Below, one piece after another: positions 1 through 7,900 of a stretch of 32,000 nt of DNA. The translations under genes were made by a program, and so were the position numbers. How positions within the stretch are numbered: position 1 is the stretch's first letter; each line of letters opens with the position of its first letter. The DNA is from Bifidobacterium longum subsp. longum JCM 1217 (GTDB lineage: Bacteria; Actinomycetota; Actinomycetes; Actinomycetales; Bifidobacteriaceae). The stretch covers positions 2,250,001-2,282,000 of the forward strand of contig NC_015067.1 in NCBI RefSeq assembly GCF_000196555.1, in the 5' to 3' direction. The notes under the pieces are model-generated. The model had not been told where the DNA came from. It saw nothing but the letters and a program-made list of their open reading frames with translations, and did not search any database.

Positions 1-3000
1 CGTCGGCCTTGAGCGTCTCGCCGACCGTTGCCTTGGCAGTCAGGTCGGAGAGCGTGGCCATACGGCCTTCGCCGCTCAGGCCATCGGTCCAGAAGACCTT
101 GTAGCCCTTGGAGGCGGCATCATAGACGATGCGCGGGTTGGTGACCATGGAGCTGTCGGTCACGGTGATGGCGCGCTCGTTGGTGAACGTGGCACCGTCG
201 CCCTTGCCATCCCACACGTAAATCGCACCGGTGGCGTTGTTCTGCGAGGAAACCACACCAAGGGTACCGTCCTTCGCACGGAAGAAAGCGGGCGAGCCCA
301 TCTGCGCATTCGGCTTGGCAGACTGCGAGCCGTCCCACTTGACCGACAGAATCGACTGCGAACGGTTCAGGGTCTCCCATTTGCTGCCATCGGCGGCCTT
401 GGCGGCCACGTACAGCGAGTCGGCGCGACGATCGTCGTTGTAGGCGAGCGGGTCGTACTTGGCACCGTTCTGGTCGGAGCGATCGACATCCTTGACGTAG
501 GAAGCGATTTCGCCGCCGTTGTTGAGGATTTCGGATTCGGCGGTGATGGCCTTATCCACGCCGTCGATGGTGGCGGTGAGCTTGACCTTCACGGCCTTCT
601 CGCCGGACTTCGGCTGCGTGACCTTGCCGTCTGCGGCTACGAGCTTCGCACCGTCGCCGGTCGCGGACCAAGTAACCGTCTTGCCCAGCACAGTGCTCGG
701 CAGGTCGCCGGTGATTTGCGCCGGGATGGCGAGCGCGGCGGCGTAGTCGGTCTTCGCGCTTTCCACGCCAAGCTCGTCGTCGCTCAGGGCCTTGCCCCAG
801 ATCTTGAAGTTGTCGAGCAGACCGGAGAAGTACTCGCCGTTGCTCCAGTTGGCCTTGCCGATCTGCAGCACGCCGCCATCAGCACCGAGGATGTCGGCGA
901 GCTTCTGGCCGTTGTTGTTCACGGCTACCAGCTTGGAGTCGATGTACAGCTTGGCGGTTGCGCCGGAAATCACGATATCGACGTGCTTCCAGTCGGCGTT
1001 CGTCTTGGTGTATGAGACGTTGCCGGAGGAATCGCGCTTGCCGTCGTTGTTGTTGTAGCGTTCGACGGTAATACCGGTGGTCTTGTCGAGCACGCCGACG
1101 TAGTGTTCCTTGCCGTACTCCTGCTTGGTGGCGTTGGAGGCGGCGAAGAAGGTCCAGCCAGTGTTGTTGGAGGCATCGGGCTTGACGTCGTAGCTGATGG
1201 TCACGTCGTTCTTGCCCTTGAGCAGAGCGTCGCCGTTCTTGGCGGTGACGTTGAGCCAGAAGTTCTTGCTGAGCTTCGCGGCCTTGCCGTCCTTGCCGTC
1301 GGCGAGCGTGGCGGTGCCCTGCGTGGTGCCCGTCGCGTTGCCGCCGTCAAAGGTCTTATCGCCATCATCGAACGTGAAGTCGGCAAGCAGATCCGGGTCG
1401 GTCGGCTCGGTTTCGCCGGTCACGGTCACCTTAGCGGTCACGGTGATGGCGGTGGAGCTGTATAGCGTGCGGTTCTTGTTGGCGGTTTCATTGTCCACAA
1501 AGCCACCGGTCTGCTTCCAGCTGTTGTTCGCGTTCGCACCGGAGTTGATGAGGTCGTCCTCGTCGGTCTTCGACTCGCCGGCGGCGTTCGTCCACTTCCA
1601 ATGGTTCTCGTTGGCACCGATGGTGTCGACCGTGCCGGTGACGGTGTATTCGCCGGGCTTGGAGGTGTCGACGTTGGAAACGTCCCACGTCACGTCGCGC
1701 TTGGCAGTGCCGTAACCGTTGGCAAGAGTGACCTGCTGCGTCTTCGGCAGCTTGGCAGTGATGTCCGTATCGGCAGCACCCTTATCCACCGTCACATCCT
1801 CGGCCTTCAGGTCGGCGTTGTCGGAAGCCTTGGCGTCAGCCGCGCGGATCGCGTCGTACTGGGCCTTGGTGAGCGAGACCACGCCACCGTGCTTGGTGTT
1901 GGCGGTGAGGAAGTAATCGTCGGCCTTCAGGACGCTCCACGGATTCTCGGAATCGAGGTTGTCGGCTTCGAGTAGGTTGTAGCCGTAGCGGGCACCGGAG
2001 GCGACAGATCCATAGTTGTCGACGAACATGTACCACTTGTTTTCGCCGTTGACCTTGAAACCGTTGGCACCTTCCTGCGCGCTGCCGAGCGTGTGTCCGA
2101 TGTTGGTCTGGCGCAACACCCAGCCCTTGGCCGGGTCGGTCGCGTACTGGCCCTGGTCGTTGGCACGCCACCAATCGGCACGATCGGTGTATTCCATGAA
2201 GATCACGCCGGAACCGGTGGTGCGGTATGTGCGGGAACCGTTCTGCAGCATCGTGGTGTCGATGGTGTTGCCACGGTTGTACTTGCTGTTAGGCACGAAG
2301 ACGCCGCCAAACATGTAGGTCTCATTGGTGAAGTCCTTGGTGGCGGCCCACAGCACGTGAGTCACCTTCTTGCCGGGCTGACTGTTCTCGCCATCGTATT
2401 TGGCGGAGACAGACCAATACACAACGAATGCGCCGCCCTGCTGGTTCTTCGGGTTGTCCTTATCGGAACCGTTGAGCTGACCGTCGTCGTTGAGATCATA
2501 GAAGTTCGGCACCCACGTAGCCTCAGGAGCCCATGCCATGCCGATCTCGGAGATGGTCTTGCCGGTCACGGAATCGGTGAGCGTCTGGCTCTTGTTCGGA
2601 TTGGCAGTGTACTTGTCGGCGGTGGCGGTCTCCAGTTCCGTCATGTCGTTGAAGTGAATGAGATCTTTGGACGACCACACATGCAACTTGGTGCTGTAAC
2701 CTGTAGCCCACGTGCCCCAACCGGCATTATCGCTGCCGAACACACGCAAATCGGTGGCCAGCACGTAGTAGGTCTTCGACTCGGGGTTGTAGGCGATGAA
2801 CGGATCGCGCACGCCGGTGGTGGATTCGTTGCTCACAAGAATCGGCTCGCCGCCGTTGAGCGTGTCCCACTGGGTGGCGTCATCACCGCGTGAGATGTCG
2901 AGGTAGACCTTTTCGGCGTAGCCCTTGTTGTTTTCGATGAAGTGGACCATCACGTAGCCGTAGGCGTCATCGGCCTTGACCTCGGTGACGGTGACCTTGA

Positions 3001-4054
3001 GCTCGGCGGTCTTGGCGGCGTCAGCTTCGGAAGCCGCTGTAATGGTGGCGGTGCCGGCCTTCACGCCGGTGACCTTGCCGTTGGTATCCACAGTAGCCAC
3101 AGCCGGATTATTGGATTCCCATGTCACCGTAGGCTCAGCGCCTTCAGGGGTGACGGTTGCGGACAGGGATGCGGAGTTGCCTTCCTTGAGACTCAGCTTG
3201 CCGTCCTTCACATTGGAACCGGAGATCTCGATTGCAGTAGGCGATGCGATGCCGAGATCGGCCGCGGAAAGCGCGGAGCCATAAATCGTGAGATTGTCGA
3301 GCAAACCGGTGAAGTATTCACCGTTGCCCCAGTTGCCTTTGCCGATTTGCAGCACGCCACCTGAGCCGCCAAGAATGCTCTTGAGATCCTCGCCGTTCAC
3401 GTTGCTCGCCACGAACTTCTTATCGACATAGAGCTTCGCGGTCTTGCCGGAGATGACGAGATCGACATGCTTCCAAGCATCCTTCGTACCGGTGTTCTTG
3501 TCGATGGTGGCGATGTCGGATGCGCGGCCGTTGAGATAGCGTTCCACGCGGGTCTTGTCGGTGCGGTCGAGCACACCGACGTAGGTGGGGGCGCTGCCGT
3601 TCACCGCACCGGCGGTCGGCGCGGCAAACACAGTCCACTGGCCACCGGTCGCAGCCGCCTTGCTGTCATAGCTGATCGTCACATCATCAAGACCGTTGAG
3701 CAGTGCACTGCCATCGGACTTGGTCACGTTCAGCCAGAAACCGCTGCCGAGCTGGGCGGCCTTGCCGTTGTCGTCATCTTTTCCGTTGACGAGATTCGCC
3801 GTGCCTTGCACGGTGGCCTTAGCGTCACCCTGAGCACTGGCGAATGCACCATCGTCCGGGTCGCTATTGAAATCGAAGCCGGCAATCGGGTCAGCCGTCG
3901 CTGTATTGGCCGCCGCCCTGACGTTCGCACTGGTCGTGGTCGTCTGCACCGCAGGCGTCGCGTCGTCGGCCACGGCGGTGATCGGCATGATCAACCCCGC
4001 GCCCAACGTCGACACCGCCGTCAGGCAGGCCGCCAATCGTGTAACTCTCCTCAC
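1..4054 (-). CDS. Secreted multidomain GH43 glycoside hydrolase (alpha-L-arabinofuranosidase-like), first 1351 codons; the 3' end lies beyond the window start
   Basis: Absent from the ORF track because it has no in-window stop. My own translation of the minus strand from GTG 4054..4052 stays open down to base 2, and every listed minus ORF in 1-4121 is in one of the other two frames. AGGAAGGA Shine-Dalgarno lies ~7 nt upstream. N-terminus MRRVTRLAACLTAVSTLGAGLIMPITAVADD looks like a signal peptide. Then: LamG-like module (GGVLQIGKGNWGNGEYFTGLLDNLTIYG); Big_2-like Ig domain (VTWESNNPAVATVDTNGKVTGVKAGTATITA); GH43 propeller motifs (GVRDPFIAYNPESKTYYVLATDL, MAWAPEATW, QEGANGFKV); a second LamG copy; and a second propeller-like module (GSPAFFRAKDGTLGVVS). 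Confidence 0.85.
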   Translation of the reverse strand, partial: MRRVTRLAACLTAVSTLGAGLIMPITAVADDATPAVQTTTTSANVRAAANTATADPIAGFDFNSDPDDGAFASAQGDAKATVQGTANLVNGKDDDNGKAAQLGSGFWLNVTKSDGSALLNGLDDVTISYDSKAAATGGQWTVFAAPTAGAVNGSAPTYVGVLDRTDKTRVERYLNGRASDIATIDKNTGTKDAWKHVDLVISGKTAKLYVDKKFVASNVNGEDLKSILGGSGGVLQIGKGNWGNGEYFTGLLDNLTIYGSALSAADLGIASPTAIEISGSNVKDGKLSLKEGNSASLSATVTPEGAEPTVTWESNNPAVATVDTNGKVTGVKAGTATITAASEADAAKTAELKVTVTEVKADDAYGYVMVHFIENNKGYAEKVYLDISRGDDATQWDTLNGGEPILVSNESTTGVRDPFIAYNPESKTYYVLATDLRVFGSDNAGWGTWATGYSTKLHVWSSKDLIHFNDMTELETATADKYTANPNKSQTLTDSVTGKTISEIGMAWAPEATWVPNFYDLNDDGQLNGSDKDNPKNQQGGAFVVYWSVSAKYDGENSQPGKKVTHVLWAATKDFTNETYMFGGVFVPNSKYNRGNTIDTTMLQNGSRTYRTTGSGVIFMEYTDRADWWRANDQGQYATDPAKGWVLRQTNIGHTLGSAQEGANGFKVNGENKWYMFVDNYGSVASGARYGYNLLEADNLDSENPWSVLKADDYFLTANTKHGGVVSLTKAQYDAIRAADAKASDNADLKAEDVTVDKGAADTDITAKLPKTQQVTLANGYGTAKRDVTWDVSNVDTSKPGEYTVTGTVDTIGANENHWKWTNAAGESKTDEDDLINSGANANNSWKQTGGFVDNETANKNRTLYSSTAITVTAKVTVTGETEPTDPDLLADFTFDDGDKTFDGGNATGTTQGTATLADGKDGKAAKLSKNFWLNVTAKNGDALLKGKNDVTISYDVKPDASNNTGWTFFAASNATKQEYGKEHYVGVLDKTTGITVERYNNNDGKRDSSGNVSYTKTNADWKHVDIVISGATAKLYIDSKLVAVNNNGQKLADILGADGGVLQIGKANWSNGEYFSGLLDNFKIWGKALSDDELGVESAKTDYAAALAIPAQITGDLPSTVLGKTVTWSATGDGAKLVAADGKVTQPKSGEKAVKVKLTATIDGVDKAITAESEILNNGGEIASYVKDVDRSDQNGAKYDPLAYNDDRRADSLYVAAKAADGSKWETLNRSQSILSVKWDGSQSAKPNAQMGSPAFFRAKDGTLGVVSSQNNATGAIYVWDGKGDGATFTNERAITVTDSSMVTNPRIVYDAASKGYKVFWTDGLSGEGRMATLSDLTAKATVGETLKAD

Positions 4055-4124
4055 TGAGTTTCCTTCCTTGGGTCCTTGCTTCTTTGCAATACTGTGATGG
4101 ATCATCGTTGCGCCATCGCAATAT

Positions 4125-4145
4125 TTGTTATCGAATTGTTATCGA
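4125..4145 (-). promoter_or_regulatory. Phased direct repeat TTGTTATCGA-A-TTGTTATCGA, 71-91 bp upstream of the first GH43 gene
   Basis: Two identical 10-mers with an 11-bp period. A near-identical arrangement occurs at 15996-16013. Confidence 0.35.
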
Positions 4146-4295
4146 GTGACACCCGGTCGCTCCTTTATCGACCGCTTCTCGCTCCTGCTTCCGCTTCGCC
4201 GGAGCCTCTTCGTTCGCCAGCGCGACCCACTTCCGCCCGAACGACGGCCACCGGAAATCCCTACGAACGACACCGTTCGTGAACAGGAGCACCGA

Positions 4296-4309
4296 TGTGC
4301 AATCGCACA
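4296..4309. repeat. TGTGCAATCGCACA palindromic motif, copy A
   Basis: TGTGC-N4-GCACA palindrome. The identical 15-mer ATGTGCAATCGCACA recurs at 4608-4622, and CAATCGCACA also occurs at 20047-20056. Confidence 0.5.
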
Positions 4310-4336
4310 GGTTTCTGTAAGCACTCACAATTCTAA

Positions 4337-4349
4337 TGTGAGCGTTCAC
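4337..4349. promoter_or_regulatory. LacI-type operator-like palindrome TGTGAGCGTTCAC
   Basis: GTGAGCGTTCAC is 10/12 self-complementary about a central CG. It resembles the symmetric lac operator half-site TGTGAGC and fits 13/14 positions of TGWNANCGNTNWCA. Confidence 0.3.
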
Positions 4350-4565
4350 CTAAATTTGAGCACGCTTTGAGCGACGACGCGAAAGCGGTAACGCACATGC
4401 TGATTCCTTGCCATACCTGAAATACCCGGCACCCCTCTTAAAACCGGTTTCATCTCCCCGAATGAACATTTACCCCTTCTCAGCACCCCACAACAAACAA
4501 AATCGCACATCATCTGTGTGCAATATTGGCTTGTTGAGCCGCGTGGCCTGCATGTCCGCGTTATC

Positions 4566-4602
4566 CAGTTCACGGGATCATGCTGGTAAATCCCGTGAAC
4601 TG
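4566..4602. repeat. Hairpin copy 1 (13-bp perfect stem CAGTTCACGGGAT, 11-nt loop)
   Basis: 5' arm 4566-4578 is complementary to 3' arm 4590-4602. It shares the stem core GTTCACGGGAT/ATCCCGTGAAC with the hairpin at 4679-4723. Confidence 0.7.
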
Positions 4603-4608
4603 AAGACA

Positions 4609-4622
4609 TGTGCAATCGCACA
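4609..4622. repeat. TGTGCAATCGCACA palindromic motif, copy B
   Basis: Exact repeat of copy A. A deleted variant, ATGTGCATTTCTGTAAG at 4662-4678, matches copy A plus its flank (GGTTTCTGTAAG). Confidence 0.5.
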
Positions 4623-4678
4623 CGCAAAAGATTGGAATCAAGCCGAACTCGATGGCCGGCCATGTGCATTTCTGTAAG

Positions 4679-4723
4679 TTTCTGGTTCACGGGATTTTCA
4701 GCCGAAATCCCGTGAACCAGAAA
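4679..4723. repeat. Hairpin copy 2 (17-bp perfect stem TTTCTGGTTCACGGGAT, 11-nt loop)
   Basis: 5' arm 4679-4695 is complementary to 3' arm 4707-4723. The stem core is the same as in copy 1, but the loop differs. Confidence 0.7.
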
Positions 4724-4738
4724 CGGCTCCGTACCGAG

Positions 4739-4883
4739 CGTATTTCCGAGTTGTAGGGCACGCGCCCGGGTACTCGCCACTCCCAGAGCCGATCAACCAC
4801 CCGAAAATGGCGGAATACCAACGGGCTCTCATCGGCCGCAACGGCCAATACTTCAGCCATTGCCCTACAACTCGGAAAATACA
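4739..4883. mobile_element. MITE-like element with ~22-bp terminal inverted repeats
   Basis: 4743-4760 (TTTCCGAGTTGTAGGGCA) and 4861-4878 (TGCCCTACAACTCGGAAA) are an 18-bp perfect inverted repeat. The repeat extends to CGTA / TGTAT with one indel. ~100 bp of non-coding sequence lies between the arms. The outer ends resemble the IS21 left end at 30409. Confidence 0.45.
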
Positions 4884-4924
4884 CCTCCACACGGGCCGAT
4901 TTCGCGATTGGAGGCTTACGCCGC

Positions 4925-7900
4925 TCAGGCCTGGCGCTTGCGCTGGAGGGTCAGGGCGATGCCGGCGGCAGCGAGCGCCACGGCCACGCCGCTGAGGCCG
5001 AGTACGGCGGCACCGGTCTTAGACAGACCGAGCTTGTTGCCCGTCTTATCACCAGTAGCACCAGCGTCAATGCTCGAGCCGTCGCCCGGCTTAGTCGAAT
5101 CGCTCGAGCCATCGCCCGAATCGGAACCGTCGACCTTCACCAACGCGGCCTGCGCCTTGTTCAACGCGGCGGTTGCGTCGTCGACGTCCTTCTGCGAAGC
5201 GTTCTCGTCGGCATAAACCTTCTCGGCGGAGGCCAACGCTGCGGCGAACGCCTTCCACGAGGCGGCGGTGTAGTCGGACTCGCGCAGCTGCTTGGCGGAC
5301 GCGAGCGCCTTGGACAAGTCGGTCTTGTCGACCGTAACCGTGTCGTCGACCACCTTCACTGTCACGGAAACGGTCTTGGAGGCCAGCTCCTCGGAAGAGC
5401 TCATGTCGAACACCGGCATACCGTCGGCAGCCCAGTGCACGCGGCGTACGAACATGTCGCGGCCGGTGGCATTCACGGAGCCGAGGTTCTTCGTGGCATA
5501 GGCGTGGAACACGTAGATCTGGTTGCCATCTTCGTCCTCGCTCCACATGCCGTGACCGGTGCCGAGCTGCATCTCACCGTTGAACGGACCGGACTTCTGA
5601 ATCGGGTAGTTGAGCACCGTCCAACTGGCCGGGTCGGTCAGGTCAGTACCGGAGGCATCCGCTACGGCCAGCCCAGTGGTGTATGTCTTACCCACGCCGG
5701 AACCGGAGAACATGAGGTACAGCTTGCCGTCGCGCAGGGTCACGTTCGGACCTTCGGCTATGGCGGCGTTCCACGCATACTCCGGGGTGACGATGCGCAC
5801 CGGGGAGCTGGTCACATGGGCCGGGTCCTTCGGATCCATCGTGGCGATGTAGGTGGCGCCGAGCTGCTGCCAGGCGTAGTAGGACCTGCCGTCGGCATCC
5901 TGGAAATAGGTCATGTCGAGCGACATGCCCACTCCGCCGGACGCTGTGGCTGCGAGCTGCTTGTTACCGTTGAGCAGCGAGGCGTCATTGCGGTAGATCG
6001 GTGTCGGCACAGTCCAGTTATCGGGGTCGGCCGGGTCGAGGTCGTGACCGTCGGCATCCTGCTTGAGCTGCATGTACACCGACTTGCCGTTGGACCATGT
6101 GTTGCCGTATCCGGCCATGAACAGAATCGTGAGCCTACCATCAATCTCATGAATTTCTGGAGCCCAGAAGCTGTGCATGATGGCATTACCCTCGGAGTCC
6201 TTGTCGCCAGCCTTGAGCAGCGACACCTCCTTGTTGTTGTAGCCGTTCGACTGAATCAGGGCATTCGGGTTGCCCGGCTCGTCGGCGAGACCGGAAATCG
6301 TGTCGGCCATGCGGAACGGCATGTGGGGCGAACCATGCTGCCAAGTGACGTCACCTTGGATGTCATTGGAAGCGATCATCAGGAACTTGGTTTCGGTGAC
6401 TTCCTTGCCGTCGGCCTCATGCGTCCACTGCCACTTATACACCGATGGATCGGCGCGGTCCTCAGCGAACGGAATCTGGTATTCGGTCTGCTTGACGGTG
6501 CCGGTGACAGTGTAATCACCCACCTTCGTCAGATCTATGCCCTCAGTGTTCCATGAGGAAATCGGCAGGGAGCCGGTAGAACCGTCGGAGTAAGTGAGGT
6601 CCACGTTCTTCGGCAGTTGCGCGGTCACCTCATCGATTGAGGCGCCCTTCTTGACGGTGATGTCAGTGAGATTGCTCGTGCCGGTGTTCTCAGAGCGGCC
6701 GTAACGGGTGTTGAGCGCCTTCACCGTGGCCTCGTCCACCGCGATGGTGGCACCGGAGCGGAAGTTCGCGATGCCCTGTACACCGTCGGCGGCGAGTACG
6801 CCGGACTTGGCGACGGAACCGTACAGTACGCTGCCGTGCTTGGATGTGGAGCCCTTGAGCGAATCGAACGTGGTGTACTTGGCCACGCCGTTGTCATCGG
6901 CCCAGCCGACAACATACTGCTTGCTGGCGGTGTCGTACACGGCGTACGGAGCGTTGACGCCGTTGGTCTCGCCAAGGTCGACGATGGAACCGGAGTTCTC
7001 CTGTTCGCTATAGGTGAGCAGGTCTTCGGAGGTGGCGATGAGCACGCTGGACTTCGCGGTGGAGTCACCGGTGGCGGTGCCGCGGTTGGTACGCACGGAA
7101 ATCACGCCATAGGTGCCGTCGGCCATGCGGAACAGGCTCGGATCCTTGAGACTGCGATAGTCATTGCCGTCGAGGTTCTCGTTGAGCTTCTGCGCCTTCG
7201 GCGAGCGTGCGAAGAAAATGCCGTAATTCTCGTTGTACGGGGTGTACGAGCCGTCGGCGTTCTGCAGCGCGAGGTGCATGCTGTAGGCGACGTCGCCGTT
7301 GTTGGCCTCATTCTCGCCGGTGGCGTTGCGATCGTAGGCGGCGATGGTCGCGGACTTCGCGGCGGGCAGCACCTTTACGGTGAAGGCCTTGGTAATGGGC
7401 TCGATGCCGGCGAGACCGTTCTTGGAGAACTCGACGGTGATGGTACCGGTCGTGGCCTCGTCGCCATCGATGGTGATCTTGCCATCCTCGACGGCTACGT
7501 CCTTAGTGGACGTAACCGTGACGGTAGTGCCATTCACAGCCGCCGGGAGGGCGTCTCCGGAACGCACGACGGACGGGATCACGTAGCCGGCCGCGACTTC
7601 CTTGAGCTGTTCAGCGGCAGTTTTCGTGGTCGGGTTGACCGTGACCGTGAATTCCTTCGTAGCGGTCTGGCCACGGACCGTGACGGCGGCGGTCAGCGTG
7701 ACAGTCTTGGCTGCCTCGCCCTTGGCGGGCTGGTTGACCGTGCCGTCAGTCGCGATGACGCTGCTATCGGAGGACGCCCACGTCACGCCGTTCGCAGTGG
7801 GCAGCGAAATGAACGGATCGTCGACCGTCGTGGGGATGATGATGCCGTTCAGCACGGAACCGGTGAGTTCACCGGCATGAATTGAGGCATCGGCAGTGCT

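Noticed and set aside
4566-4723. Possible mini-CRISPR because of two identical 11-nt cores ~115 bp apart
   Set aside because: There are only two units, and each is itself a long perfect palindrome. The spacing is wrong for repeat-spacer architecture, and there are no cas genes or leader.
4346-4780. 144-aa minus-strand ORF (and the 89-aa plus ORF 4408-4677) in the long spacer
   Set aside because: They run straight through the twin hairpins and palindromic repeats, with an odd Cys/Arg/His-rich composition and no RBS. This region is better explained as non-coding repeat DNA.
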